Source of the DNA: Oscillospiraceae bacterium
GTDB lineage: Bacteria; Bacillota; Clostridia; Oscillospirales; CAG-382
Assembly (NCBI GenBank): GCA_015063785.1
Contig: SVTM01000003.1
Span: 7,285-71,284 of the forward strand
Reading direction: 5' to 3'
Length of the DNA stretch: 64,000 bases
Shown here: in pieces, positions 35,521 to 45,501 of the stretch
How the letters are laid out: each line of letters opens with the position of its first letter
Position numbering within the stretch: the stretch's first letter is position 1
The notes under the pieces: generated by a model
What the model was told of the DNA's origin: nothing
The model's input: the letters and a program-made list of their open reading frames with translations, nothing else
The model's database searches: none
Position numbers and translations under genes: made by a program

Positions 35521-36273
35521 ATGGAATACGTTTTTTTGACGGCAATAGGTGTGGGTGGCGCCACAATAATCGGTGCACTCATCGGATTTGCCTTTAAAAA
35601 CCTGTCACACAAATTTTCGGACATAGTGCTGTCGTTTGCAGCAGGCGTAATGCTTGCGGCGGCAATTTTGGGACTGATCCTACCGTCCCTCGAATATGGT
35701 GGAAAATGGGGAATTATCATCACAGTTGTAGGAATTTTTGCAGGAGCTTTAAGTCTTAATCTTATCGACAGACTCGTTCCGCACCTACACAAACTTGCAG
35801 GGGCAGACATTGAATCGCACGGAAACACAAATCTTGGCAAGGTCATGCTGTTCGTTCTTGCCATCGCCATCCACAATCTACCCGAGGGAATTGCCGCAGG
35901 TGTTGGTTTTGGCTCGGGCAATGCGTCACAGGCATTTCTTATTGCAGGAGGAATTGCTCTGCAAAATGTTCCTGAGGGCATGGTCATCATTGCGCCGATG
36001 CTTTCGGCTGGAATAAAACCCGGCAAAACCTTCTTTATCGCCATGATGACCGGCCTTGTGGAGGTGGTGGGAACACTGCTCGGATATTTTGCCGTCAACG
36101 TGGCAGCTGTCATTCTTCCCTTTGCTCTTGCCTTTGCGGGAGGCACGATGATATACGTTGTCAGCGATGAAATGATCCCCGAGACCCACGCCCACGGAAG
36201 CGAACGAGGCGCAACATATGCCCTTCTCGTCGGCTTCTGTCTGATGCTTGTAAGCGACGTTTTGATAGGATAA
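35521..36273 (+). CDS. zupT: ZIP family metal (zinc) transporter
   Basis: 250 aa polytopic protein. HNLPEGIAAG and QNVPEG signature motifs. Starts directly after the upstream stop codon. Confidence 0.85.
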   Translation: MEYVFLTAIGVGGATIIGALIGFAFKNLSHKFSDIVLSFAAGVMLAAAILGLILPSLEYGGKWGIIITVVGIFAGALSLNLIDRLVPHLHKLAGADIESHGNTNLGKVMLFVLAIAIHNLPEGIAAGVGFGSGNASQAFLIAGGIALQNVPEGMVIIAPMLSAGIKPGKTFFIAMMTGLVEVVGTLLGYFAVNVAAVILPFALAFAGGTMIYVVSDEMIPETHAHGSERGATYALLVGFCLMLVSDVLIG

Positions 36274-36289
36274 AACGCTTGGGATACAA

Positions 36290-36320
36290 AAAACGCGGAT
36301 CGTACGATCCGCGTTTTTGT
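36290..36320. terminator. bidirectional hairpin terminator
   Basis: Palindrome AAAACGCGGATCG-TA-CGATCCGCGTTTT flanked by A- and T-runs, between convergent genes. Confidence 0.75.
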
Positions 36321-36337
36321 TGTAATCATTTATTTAA

Positions 36338-39300
36338 TTACGGAAGTCTTGCAGGTGCAAGGCCTGCAGGTTTGTTGATCACGACGGGCTCAAGTGCAGG
36401 GTCGATGATGATGACAACAGCGTTGCTGTCGCCCATGCTGCTTTGCACTTCACTTGCCGCATCATAATCGCAAACAGCATCATGTCCCTTGAGTCTGCCA
36501 AGATTCATTCCCATGGTCTGAACATAGATGTTCTTGTCGTGTTCTTCTGTGGCGTTGGAAGGCAGATAGATAAGACCTGTCCACTCGGCTTCACTGATGG
36601 CTCTGTCGAAGATGTTGTATTCCGTCTTACAGTTCTTTTGATCAGAAAGAGTGGAACCGCAATAGAGCTGGGACGCACGGAATCTTGTGATCGATCCCCA
36701 ACCGTAACCGCCAAGGCGGAGAACGTTATATCTCGAAATAACATCTTCTGTTATTCTTGTGTAGATATCCTTGCCGCCGCCAAGCATATCTGCCGTGGGA
36801 GGAGAGTTGTAGAATTCGATACCCCAGAATACGTATTCCATAAGATTTCCGGTGTATCGAACGTTTTTCTGGATACAGTTGCCGGTTGAAGCCGATCTCT
36901 GATGAGTTGCAGCTGTGTCGTAGATCTGATACATCCAGTTGTTTTCAACAAAATATCCGTCGCATCCGCCGTAAATTTCAACTGCGTTGCCGTAATTTGT
37001 AACTGCTCCGCCGTTGTTTTGGCTGAGAACAGAGCCGCCGAGCCACGAGAAGATGCAGTTTGTAACGGTTACGTCGGAACAGGTGCCAAAGCCCACGCCG
37101 TGGCCGCCTGTGAACTTAAAGGAGATGTTGTCAATGGTAACGCCAGCGGGCGAACCTGCGATGATATTAACCCTTTCGCCAATCTCGATCGACTTGAATC
37201 TTTCGCCGGGATTTCCTTCTGTGCTGTAAACATAAAGATCGTTTACGTTATATCCTTCGCCCGGCAATACAGAATAGAACTGAAGATCGCCGCAAAGCTC
37301 GTGGGGACCGTCAAATCCGCGGGTGTTCTTATTCATGATAAGACCATAAAGCTCGTCGTATGTGGCATCCGAGAAGTCATAGATATCGTGGTCAAAGGCG
37401 ATGACGCCGACGTTGGAAACTGCTTCTGTGCACTTATAAACGTTCTTCCATTCAGTCTCCACCCAAAGGGATGGGTCGGCATAGTTTCTCTTGGACTGCA
37501 TAAGAACAGGCTTTTCGCCTTCGCCGTAGCTACCAAAGATGATCTGCTTGCCGCTTGCCGAAAGGTTGCCGCGATAAACGCCGCCACGCTCGAAAAGGAA
37601 GCTTGTGCCGGGCTTGGGGAATCTGTTTACCTTGTTAAGACCAGCAATAGTCTTAAAAGCTGTTTCGGGAGTTTTTCCGTCGTTTTCGTCGTTACCGTTC
37701 TTTTCGGAAATGTAATATGTGACACCGGTCATTCTGTCGGCATAAAGATCTGCCGTGTTGGGAGTGGCGAGCAGATCCTTTTTCATCTGATTCGAAACGG
37801 TGTCGATACCGTCACGAATAGCCTGCGCAGAAAGGTTTGCGCTCTGCTCGTAAAGTCCTTTTACGTAATCTTCGGTCTTTGTACCCGAAAGAACGTACTT
37901 TGCAGGTTCTGTTTTTGTCCATGCCACGCCTTCGGGATTGCACGCGGCAAGAATCTGACCATTTGCCCAGTGGTTTGTGCTGTCAGAGAAAGAAACTGCG
38001 CCGGCAACGCCTGTGGGAGTTCTGCCGAGGAAACGGTTTGCCATGGTGACAACCTCGGCACGGGTGATATTGTTGTCGGGCTTGAAAGTGTTGTCCTCGT
38101 AGCCTGTTACGATGCCGTTGCCTACTGCAAAATAGATGGCAGGAGCAAATTTGTCAAACTTTTCGACGTCAGAAAATTCGCCGGCTTTAATGGAAGCCGA
38201 AGGATCGCCGTATACGGCAATGCGATAGATAAGCTCTGCAAATTCTGCTCTTGTGATATTCTGTGTGGGAGAAATAGTCGAGCCGTAGGCAATGTTATCG
38301 ATGACGCCGATGTTCTCAAAGAAGCCGATGTACTTTTCATACCATGCGCCCTTGGGGACGTCGGTATATGAGCTTGTAATGCCCGCAAGATTTGTTTCGT
38401 CCACGATAAGACGCGAAAGAAGAGTGATCGCCTCGGCACGTGTCATATTGTTCTGAGGACGGAAGGTACCGTCTTCATAACCTGCAACGTAGTTTGCATT
38501 CTTGTTGACCGCAAGGGTGATGTTTGAGGTAACGACAACGTTCGAAACCCCGTCCGAAAGAGAGTAAACACCGTTGTCGGAAGTTACTGCCGCGCCGTTT
38601 ATTGTAGCCGACTTTGCAGGAAGGCCGCAGCTGTCGGTGATAAGATAGCCTTTAAGGGTTGCGCCGTCAAACTGAGGAACACATTTGCCGCCTGTAACCT
38701 TTACTATGACGTTTGCCGCATTGTCGGCGATCTGTGCATTTTCGTTTTCTGCCATAACAACGATCTTTTTGCCTGTAACTGTGCCTGCGCCTGCGGAGAT
38801 CTTGTTTGCCACAGATGCTCCGTCAAGATAAAGAACAGCGTTTCCGTTGATGGTAGCACCTTCTTTTGCACCGAATACGACGTCGGTGATCTCACCGCCT
38901 GAAAGTGTGGTGATCGAGTTACCGTTTATTGTGCCGCCTGCCGAGCCTGCAACAACTGTTGTTACAGAGCCTCCTATAACAGAGAGGTTGGTGTTGCCGT
39001 TAAATTCACTTTCACCAACATTTCCGCCGACAGCGGTGGCAACGTTTGCGCCGTTGACCACGGCATAGATGTTGGCAGTTATCTTCTGACCATTAACTGC
39101 ACCCGCAGCAAAATAGTCGTAAGTACCTGCGGTGATGCTGAGAGCAACGTCACCAGTGACGTTACCTGCCGCTACCGAAGGGGGATTGGGATATGTGATG
39201 ATATTGTAATCGTCCTGTCTGAACTGCTCTTCGCTGTATGTATCAAAGCCGTTGCCTGTGACAAAATTGTATCCGTTGGTGTAAAGAAATCCTCCGGGGG

Positions 39301-39715
39301 CAAGACGAAGAGTGACAAAATCGAGGATAAGGTCGCCCTTGATGTTAACTTCCTTCACAGGGGCTTCTTCTGTTCCGACAAAGCTCAGGCGGTTGCCTGT
39401 TGCCTTGGTGCCTGTGCCTTTGAAGGTGATGGGGCCACGACCTTCGACATCAACAAAATTCGAAAGATCGAGGTTGCCCGTGAAGATGATGGTTCCGCCC
39501 TCTTTTCCAAGTGCATTGAAAGCATCATCAAAAGTTCTGAATGTTTTATATGCCTTGCCTTCGTAATTCATTTTGCCAAACGAATTGAGAAGCGCGATGC
39601 GTTCGCCGTTTTCTACTATCACAGCGGGATCGTCAGCCGAAAATACGGCAAACTGAACCGATGACATAACGAGAAGGACAGCAAGCATCAGCGATAAGAT
39701 TTTTGCTTTTTTCAT
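36338..39715 (-). CDS. secreted SLH-anchored beta-helix protein (paralog 2)
   Basis: 1125 aa, collinear with the 1004-4372 product. Signal peptide MKKAKILSLMLAVLLVMSSVQFAVFSA, same conserved head (NSFGKMNYEGKAYKTFRTFDDAFNALGKEGG), GGTINGN repeats, three SLH segments, and a C-terminal YYISEKNGNDENDGKTPETAFKT...NNWMYQIYDTAATHQ module. Confidence 0.9.
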   Translation of the reverse strand: MKKAKILSLMLAVLLVMSSVQFAVFSADDPAVIVENGERIALLNSFGKMNYEGKAYKTFRTFDDAFNALGKEGGTIIFTGNLDLSNFVDVEGRGPITFKGTGTKATGNRLSFVGTEEAPVKEVNIKGDLILDFVTLRLAPGGFLYTNGYNFVTGNGFDTYSEEQFRQDDYNIITYPNPPSVAAGNVTGDVALSITAGTYDYFAAGAVNGQKITANIYAVVNGANVATAVGGNVGESEFNGNTNLSVIGGSVTTVVAGSAGGTINGNSITTLSGGEITDVVFGAKEGATINGNAVLYLDGASVANKISAGAGTVTGKKIVVMAENENAQIADNAANVIVKVTGGKCVPQFDGATLKGYLITDSCGLPAKSATINGAAVTSDNGVYSLSDGVSNVVVTSNITLAVNKNANYVAGYEDGTFRPQNNMTRAEAITLLSRLIVDETNLAGITSSYTDVPKGAWYEKYIGFFENIGVIDNIAYGSTISPTQNITRAEFAELIYRIAVYGDPSASIKAGEFSDVEKFDKFAPAIYFAVGNGIVTGYEDNTFKPDNNITRAEVVTMANRFLGRTPTGVAGAVSFSDSTNHWANGQILAACNPEGVAWTKTEPAKYVLSGTKTEDYVKGLYEQSANLSAQAIRDGIDTVSNQMKKDLLATPNTADLYADRMTGVTYYISEKNGNDENDGKTPETAFKTIAGLNKVNRFPKPGTSFLFERGGVYRGNLSASGKQIIFGSYGEGEKPVLMQSKRNYADPSLWVETEWKNVYKCTEAVSNVGVIAFDHDIYDFSDATYDELYGLIMNKNTRGFDGPHELCGDLQFYSVLPGEGYNVNDLYVYSTEGNPGERFKSIEIGERVNIIAGSPAGVTIDNISFKFTGGHGVGFGTCSDVTVTNCIFSWLGGSVLSQNNGGAVTNYGNAVEIYGGCDGYFVENNWMYQIYDTAATHQRSASTGNCIQKNVRYTGNLMEYVFWGIEFYNSPPTADMLGGGKDIYTRITEDVISRYNVLRLGGYGWGSITRFRASQLYCGSTLSDQKNCKTEYNIFDRAISEAEWTGLIYLPSNATEEHDKNIYVQTMGMNLGRLKGHDAVCDYDAASEVQSSMGDSNAVVIIIDPALEPVVINKPAGLAPARLP

Positions 39716-39763
39716 ATCAAAAGCTCCTTTCGTACAACTCCCTGTTTAGGTGGGATATTTTCA

Positions 39764-39792
39764 ATTATATCATAAACAGAGCTTTTTTTCAA
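39764..39792 (-). promoter_or_regulatory. sigma-70-like promoter of paralog 2
   Basis: Minus strand: TTGAAA (39792-39787), 17-nt spacer, TATAAT (39769-39764). Confidence 0.5.
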
Positions 39793-39846
39793 TAAAAATA
39801 ATCTGTGACATCCGACAAAAACGCACCCCATTTTTATGCTTAATAA

Positions 39847-39877
39847 ACAAAGATCTCCCGTGTCGGGAGATCTTTGT
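39847..39877 (-). terminator. hairpin terminator after icd
   Basis: 14-bp stem ACAAAGATCTCCCG / CGGGAGATCTTTGT with a 3-nt loop. On the minus strand it is followed by TTATTAAG. Confidence 0.65.
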
Positions 39878-39883
39878 GATATA

Positions 39884-41098
39884 TCAAAGAGAAGCTTCAA
39901 GATTTTTTCTGATCGAAGCAATAAAATCTGCTGAATTTACGGCTTTCACTTCGTAGCCTTCGCTGACAAGACCCACAAGGTCTTTTGTCATAACGCCCGA
40001 ATCAAGGGTTGTGATGCACGCTTTTTCGAGCTTGTCAGCAAAATTGCAAAGATCGCAAAGTCCGTCGAGCTCGCCTCTTTTTCTCAAAGCACCCGTCCAG
40101 GCAAAGATCGTCGCCATGGGGTTGGTGGAAGTCTCCTCACCCTTGAGGTAGCGGTAGTAATGGCGTGTAACCGTGCCGTGTGCCGCTTCGTATTCATACT
40201 TTCCATCGGGAGAAACAAGCACCGAGGTCATCATGGCAAGCGAACCAAAGGCGGTGGAAACCATGTCGCTCATAACGTCACCGTCATAATTCTTGCACGC
40301 CCAAATATAGCCGCCCTTGCTTCTTATTACTCTTGCCACGGCGTCGTCGATGAGGGTGTAGAAATATTCGATACCGAGTTCTTCAAACTTTGCTTTGTAT
40401 TCCTTTTCGTAGATATCCTCAAAAATAAGCTTGAAAGTCTGGTCATACTTTTTGGAGATAGTGTCTTTTGTTGAAAACCAAAGATCCTGCTTTGTATCAA
40501 TGGCATACTTGAAGCATGAATGTGCAAAGGAAATGATAGATGAATCCTTGTTGTACTGGCTTTGGAGAACACCCGCACATTCAAAATCGTAAACAGTCTC
40601 GCGGAAGGTCTCGTTGCCGTCCTTGTCGGTGAAAACAAGTTCTGCCTTGCCCTCGCCGGGAACGCGGTATTCGGTGGATTTATATACGTCGCCGTATGCG
40701 TGACGGGCGATAGTAATGGGTTTTTCCCAATTCTTCACAACAGGCTTTACCGAATCGATAATAATGGGAGCACGAAAAACTGTGCCGTCAAGAATGGCGC
40801 GGATAGTGCCGTTGGGGCTCTTCCACATTTCCGAAAGGTTGTATTCCTCTACTCTCTGCTTGTTGGGGGTGATGGTGGCACACTTTACGGCAACCCCGTA
40901 CTTTTTTGCGGCATAAGCCGAATCGTATGTGACTTTGTCCTTTGTCTTTTCTCTTTCTTCAAGACCAAGGTCGTAATATTCTGTCTTCAGATCAACAAAG
41001 GGAAGAATAAGCTCGTCCTTTATCATCTTCCACAGAATTCTTGTCATCTCGTCGCCGTCCATTTCGACCAGCGGCGTTTTCATCTGTATCTTTGCCAT
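39884..41098 (-). CDS. icd: NADP-dependent isocitrate dehydrogenase (eukaryote-like homodimeric type)
   Basis: 404 aa. [27 protein letters not shown] is the characteristic N-terminus of the IDH1/2-like family. Confidence 0.9.
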   Translation of the reverse strand: MAKIQMKTPLVEMDGDEMTRILWKMIKDELILPFVDLKTEYYDLGLEEREKTKDKVTYDSAYAAKKYGVAVKCATITPNKQRVEEYNLSEMWKSPNGTIRAILDGTVFRAPIIIDSVKPVVKNWEKPITIARHAYGDVYKSTEYRVPGEGKAELVFTDKDGNETFRETVYDFECAGVLQSQYNKDSSIISFAHSCFKYAIDTKQDLWFSTKDTISKKYDQTFKLIFEDIYEKEYKAKFEELGIEYFYTLIDDAVARVIRSKGGYIWACKNYDGDVMSDMVSTAFGSLAMMTSVLVSPDGKYEYEAAHGTVTRHYYRYLKGEETSTNPMATIFAWTGALRKRGELDGLCDLCNFADKLEKACITTLDSGVMTKDLVGLVSEGYEVKAVNSADFIASIRKNLEASL

Positions 41099-41100
41099 TT

Positions 41101-43026
41101 TTATTCTCCTTTCGTATAGCCGAGAAGTCCGCCTGCCTTAAGAATCGCTTTCTGACGATCAGTGAACGAACAGGCAAGCTTTACGCATATGTTCTTTGTC
41201 TTGTTGCAAAGGGTGATCTTGCCCGAATCCATGCCCTCAAAAATTCCTTCCATGCAAAGCTCGTCGTTCTGGTCGAGCTTGTCATAATCTTCGGGGTTTT
41301 CAAAGGTAAGGGGCATGATACCTGCGTTGATGAGGTTTGCGGCGTGAATTCTTGCAAAAGATTTTGCAATGACGGCGCGTACTCCGAGATAAAGAGGAAC
41401 AAGAGCCGCGTGCTCACGGGACGAGCCCTGACCGTAGTTCGAACCGCCGATGATAAAGCTCTGACCTGCCGCCTTGGCATTTTCGGGGAATTTCTCGTCG
41501 CAGACAGTAAAACAAAACTGCGAAAGGAAGGGAATATTTGAACGGTAAGGCAGGATCTTTGCGCCTGCAGGCATGATATGGTCGGTGGTGATGTTGTCGC
41601 CTACCTTCAGCACAAGCTTTGCCGAGATCTCATCCGTAACAGGGTGAGAATCGGGGAAAGGCTTGATGTTGGGGCCACGCTTTACTTCAAGATTCTTTGC
41701 TTCATCAGCAGAGGCAGGTTCAATCACTGCACTGTCATCTATCGCATATTTTTCGGGGATGGTGATAACCGGGGCTTCGCCAAGCTTTCTGGGATCGGTT
41801 ATCTTTCCGAAAACTGCTGCCGCAACCGCTGTTTCGGGAGAAACAAGATAAACGTTTCCATCTTTGGTACCGCTTCTTCCAAGGAAGTTGCGGTTGAAGG
41901 TACGCAGGCTCACACCTGCAGAATTGGGCGAAAAGCCCATGCCAATGCAGGGGCCGCAGGCACATTCAAGAAGACGTGCGCCCGAGGCAAGAATGTCTCC
42001 CAAAGCACCGCTTGATGCAAGCATCGAAAGCACCTGCTTTGAGCCGGGAGAAATCGAAAGGCTGACCGACGGATCGATTGTTCTGCCCTTTAAAAGTGCC
42101 GCAACCTTCAGCATATCCGAAAGAGACGAGTTTGTACACGAGCCAATGCAGACCTGATCCACCTTTGTGTCCTCAACCTCAGATACCTTAACCACGTTAT
42201 CAGGGCTGTGGGGACAAGCAATCAGAGGCTCGAGGGTTGAAAGGTCAATATCGATTATTCTGTCATATACAGCATCGGGGTCGCTTTCAAGCGGAACAAA
42301 ATCCGCTCCTCTGCCCTCAGCTTCAAGGAATGCTTTTGTGATCTCGTCAGAGGGGAAGATGGAGGTGGTAGCTCCGAGTTCTGTACCCATGTTGGTGATG
42401 GTGGCGCGCTCGGGAACCGAAAGAGTCTTTATACCCTCGCCGCCCCATTCGATGATGGCGCCGACACCGCCCTTAACAGAAAGTATGCGGAGGATCTCAA
42501 GGCTTACGTCCTTTGCAGTGACAAAAGGATTGAGCTTTCCGGTAAGATTTACCTTGTACATTTTGGGCATTGTGATGTAATATGCTCCGCCGCCCATGGC
42601 AACCGCCACGTCAAGTCCGCCTGCACCCATGGCAAGCATACCGATGCCGCCGCCCGTGGGGGTGTGGCTGTCCGAACCGATAAGAGTTTTGCCGGGTATG
42701 CCGAAGCGTTCAAGATGTACCTGATGGCAGATGCCGTTGCCGGGACGCGAGAAATAAATGCCGTGCTTTTTGGCAACACTCTGAATATAAATGTGGTCAT
42801 CGGCATTTTCAAAGCCGCACTGTAACGTGTTGTGGTCGATATATGCCACAGATCGTTCGGTTTTTACTCTGTCAATACCGATGGCTTCAAATTCAAGATA
42901 CGCCATGGTGCCGGTGGCATCCTGGGTAAGAGTCTGGTCGATCTTCAGCGCAATCTCGCTTCCGGGAGTCATATCTCCCTCGACGAGATGATTTTTGATT
43001 ATTTTCTGTGCTATGGTGAGACCCAT
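41101..43026 (-). CDS. aconitate hydratase
   Basis: Contains IGSDSHT and CIGSCTNSS Fe-S ligand motifs plus a swivel domain at the C-terminus. ATG 43026 is preferred over 43038, which directly abuts the RBS. Confidence 0.9.
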   Translation of the reverse strand: MGLTIAQKIIKNHLVEGDMTPGSEIALKIDQTLTQDATGTMAYLEFEAIGIDRVKTERSVAYIDHNTLQCGFENADDHIYIQSVAKKHGIYFSRPGNGICHQVHLERFGIPGKTLIGSDSHTPTGGGIGMLAMGAGGLDVAVAMGGGAYYITMPKMYKVNLTGKLNPFVTAKDVSLEILRILSVKGGVGAIIEWGGEGIKTLSVPERATITNMGTELGATTSIFPSDEITKAFLEAEGRGADFVPLESDPDAVYDRIIDIDLSTLEPLIACPHSPDNVVKVSEVEDTKVDQVCIGSCTNSSLSDMLKVAALLKGRTIDPSVSLSISPGSKQVLSMLASSGALGDILASGARLLECACGPCIGMGFSPNSAGVSLRTFNRNFLGRSGTKDGNVYLVSPETAVAAAVFGKITDPRKLGEAPVITIPEKYAIDDSAVIEPASADEAKNLEVKRGPNIKPFPDSHPVTDEISAKLVLKVGDNITTDHIMPAGAKILPYRSNIPFLSQFCFTVCDEKFPENAKAAGQSFIIGGSNYGQGSSREHAALVPLYLGVRAVIAKSFARIHAANLINAGIMPLTFENPEDYDKLDQNDELCMEGIFEGMDSGKITLCNKTKNICVKLACSFTDRQKAILKAGGLLGYTKGE

Positions 43027-43056
43027 TTTAAAAAACATCTCCTTTTATGATGTGAA

Positions 43057-43707
43057 TTATTCATCGAAATTTTTGAGTATATTGTCTCTTGCGTTGGCGA
43101 TATGCTCTGCCGCAAGCTTTTCGGCAAGCTCGCCGTTATGCGCAGCAAGAGCTTCGTATATTCCACGGTGTTCCTCCACCGCTTTTTTTGCACGCTCGGG
43201 GTTTTGTATCGAAAGCCTTCTGTATTTTTTTATTCTCTTGTGCAGATTTGAGAGCACCGAAAGATAGATGTTGCTGCCGCAAACTGCGTATATCTTTTCG
43301 TGAAACTCGCTGTCGGTGTCACGGATCTTTTCTGAAATCCCCTTCATAGTGTAAAACTCCTGAAGGTCAATAATATCGCACAGCTTTTTCAGATCCTCGT
43401 CGGTTATGGTCTTTGCGCTTTTCTTTGCTGCAAGTCCCTCGATGCGTCCGCGTATCTCATAAATGTCTTCGATATCCGACCGCTCGATGCCAAGAATCTC
43501 GACGCCTTTGGTAGTGATATTTATAAGGTTTTCCTGCTCAAGACGACCTATCGCCTCGCGTATCGGCGTGCGACTTACTCCAAAGATCTCCGAAAGCTTT
43601 GATTCAGTAAAGGTTTCGCCTTTACGATACTTTCCCGAAAGTATATCTGCCTCAATTCTTTCAAAAACGCTGTCGGCAAGAGAAACGAATTTAAGTTCAC
43701 TGTTCAT
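43057..43707 (-). CDS. GntR family regulator with FCD (FadR C-terminal) domain
   Basis: 216 aa. N-terminal winged helix (SESKLSEIFGVSRTPIREAIGRLEQENLI) and a helical C-terminal domain. Confidence 0.85.
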   Translation of the reverse strand: MNSELKFVSLADSVFERIEADILSGKYRKGETFTESKLSEIFGVSRTPIREAIGRLEQENLINITTKGVEILGIERSDIEDIYEIRGRIEGLAAKKSAKTITDEDLKKLCDIIDLQEFYTMKGISEKIRDTDSEFHEKIYAVCGSNIYLSVLSNLHKRIKKYRRLSIQNPERAKKAVEEHRGIYEALAAHNGELAEKLAAEHIANARDNILKNFDE

Positions 43708-43736
43708 ATATTTCCTTCACACTCATTTCTCCCGGA

Positions 43737-45107
43737 TCAGAATTTTCCGTTTGAAAGTTCTGTTATCATCTCTTCGAGCTCGCCTGTGGAGATGGCGTTC
43801 TGTCTGCCGTTTTCGTATTCGGCATCTACCCATTCCTTGATGGTTACTACCATAGGATCACGCTTGCCTATCTCGTCGGGGGTACCAATCAGCTTGTAGT
43901 GCTGGTTGATCCAGTAAGCGATACCTGCAAGACCCGATGTTTTTGTTATCATAACGGTGGCAGGGCGATTGAGGATAGTTTCTGTATCGAATATATTGTA
44001 GATCTCTTCGTCCTTCAGAAGTCCGTCAGCGTGAATGCCTGCACGGGTGACATTGAAGTTTTCGCCAACAAAGGGTGTCATGGGAGGAATTCTATAGCCC
44101 ATTTCTTTTTCGAAATATTCGGCGATCTCGGTGATAACGGTGGGATCCATTCCATCAAAAGTGCCTCTTAACGAAGCGTATTCAAACACCATTGCTTCAA
44201 GCGGAATATTTCCCGTGCGCTCGCCTATGCCAAGCAAAGAGCAGTTGACGGCAGATGCGCCGTAAAGCCACGCGGTGGAAGCATTGGCAACCGCCTTGTA
44301 AAAGTCATTGTGACCGTGCCATTCAAGGTTTGAGCTTTCAAGGTCGGAATAGTGCTGAAGACCGTAAACAATGCCGGCTACGCTTCGGGGAAGGGCAACT
44401 TCGGTATACGGCACGCCGTATCCCATGGTGTCGCACGCGCGCACCTTGACGGGAATGCCTGCCTTGACAGAAAGCTCGTGCAGCTCGTTTACAAAAGGAA
44501 CGACGAAGCCGTAAAAGTCAGCTCTTGTGATATCCTCGAAATGACAGCGTGGGACAACACCCGCATCAAAAGCATCCGAAACTGTGGCAAGATAATGATC
44601 AAGCGCCTGACGACGGTTCATCTTGAGTTTTTTGAAGATGTGATAGTCGGAGCAACTGACAAGAATACCCGTTTCGCGGATGCCAAGATCACGCACAAGC
44701 TTAAAGTCTTCGCGGCTGGCGCGAATCCACGTGGTAATCTCGGGGAACTGAAGCCCGAGTTCGCGGCATCTTTCAAGAGCTTCGCGGTCTTTTTTGCTGT
44801 ATATAAAGAATTCTGTCTGGCGGATAATGCCGTTGGGGCCGCCAAGACGGGACAAAAGCTTGTAAAGGTGAACTATCTGATCGACGGTATATGGTTCCAC
44901 CGACTGCTGACCGTCACGGAAGGTGGTGTCGGTTATCCAGATGTTTTCGGGCATATTCATAGGTGTTCTTCTGTGGTTGAAGGGCACCTTGGGAACCTCG
45001 GTATAGCTGTAAACGTCGCGGTAAAGATTGGGCTCGGCAACGTCCTGCAGTTGATACTTATAGGATTTTTGTTCGAGCAGGTTAGTCTTTTTTGAAATTT
45101 CGAGCAT
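43737..45107 (-). CDS. HMGL-like (isopropylmalate/homocitrate synthase family) enzyme, probable Re-citrate synthase
   Basis: Contains the ITDTTFRDGQQS motif and sits in an operon with aconitase and isocitrate dehydrogenase. Start set at ATG 45107 (AAGGAGA RBS); the upstream ATG 45155 lies inside the promoter/palindrome. Confidence 0.8.
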   Translation of the reverse strand: MLEISKKTNLLEQKSYKYQLQDVAEPNLYRDVYSYTEVPKVPFNHRRTPMNMPENIWITDTTFRDGQQSVEPYTVDQIVHLYKLLSRLGGPNGIIRQTEFFIYSKKDREALERCRELGLQFPEITTWIRASREDFKLVRDLGIRETGILVSCSDYHIFKKLKMNRRQALDHYLATVSDAFDAGVVPRCHFEDITRADFYGFVVPFVNELHELSVKAGIPVKVRACDTMGYGVPYTEVALPRSVAGIVYGLQHYSDLESSNLEWHGHNDFYKAVANASTAWLYGASAVNCSLLGIGERTGNIPLEAMVFEYASLRGTFDGMDPTVITEIAEYFEKEMGYRIPPMTPFVGENFNVTRAGIHADGLLKDEEIYNIFDTETILNRPATVMITKTSGLAGIAYWINQHYKLIGTPDEIGKRDPMVVTIKEWVDAEYENGRQNAISTGELEEMITELSNGKF

Positions 45108-45138
45108 CTCGGAATCTCCTTTGCTATTGATGTATGGT

Positions 45139-45162
45139 TGTATAATTGTATACAATTATACA
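45139..45162 (-). promoter_or_regulatory. perfect 24-bp palindrome (candidate GntR/FCD operator)
   Basis: TGTATAATTGTATACAATTATACA equals its own reverse complement. The central GTATAC fits the GT-N-AC core of GntR operators. It overlaps the -10 element. Confidence 0.55.
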
Positions 45163-45183
45163 GAGCCGTTTTCCCTTTGTCAA
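45155..45183 (-). promoter_or_regulatory. consensus sigma-70 promoter of the citrate synthase-aconitase-icd operon
   Basis: Minus strand: TTGACA (45183-45178), 17-nt spacer, TATAAT (45160-45155). Confidence 0.65.
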
Positions 45184-45293
45184 TAGCTTTTTGATAAAAA
45201 TTGCAAAAAATCCCCTGTTTTCAAGCCTTTTGCTTGATTTATTCTTGAAAAACGTGTAGAATATTAACAGAACACCCCAAAAAGGAGAAAAGC

Positions 45294-45461
45294 ATGGAAC
45301 CGAAAGACTACATTCTGTCTAAAATAGAGGGAGAATACGCCTATCTTCGCGATACCGAAAGCGAAAACGAAATCTTCATTGCCCTTGCCCTTCTGCCCGA
45401 GGGAGCACAGATCGGCTCGAAGATACATTGCGAAATGTTTGCATACACTCTTGCCGAATAA
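45294..45461 (+). CDS. small hypothetical protein (55 aa, DUF3006-like pattern)
   Basis: Below the track cutoff: MEPKDYILSKIEGEYAYLRDTESENEIFIALALLPEGAQIGSKIHCEMFAYTLAE. AAAGGAGA RBS, and a strong terminator follows immediately. Confidence 0.45.
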   Translation: MEPKDYILSKIEGEYAYLRDTESENEIFIALALLPEGAQIGSKIHCEMFAYTLAE

Positions 45462-45463
45462 TT

Positions 45464-45495
45464 GAAAAGCGGTCTGCTTTTGCAGACCGCTTTTC
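45464..45495. terminator. bidirectional intrinsic terminator
   Basis: Perfect 14-bp stem GAAAAGCGGTCTGC / GCAGACCGCTTTTC with loop TTTT. Confidence 0.8.
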
Positions 45496-45501
45496 AACTG
45501 A

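Noticed and set aside
1004-39715. Invertible segment, phase variation or diversity-generating retroelement acting on the paralogous surface genes
   Set aside because: There is no recombinase/invertase, no reverse transcriptase, no template-repeat/variable-repeat pair and no flanking short inverted repeats around the promoters. The inverted paralogs are too diverged at the DNA level for frequent homologous inversion.
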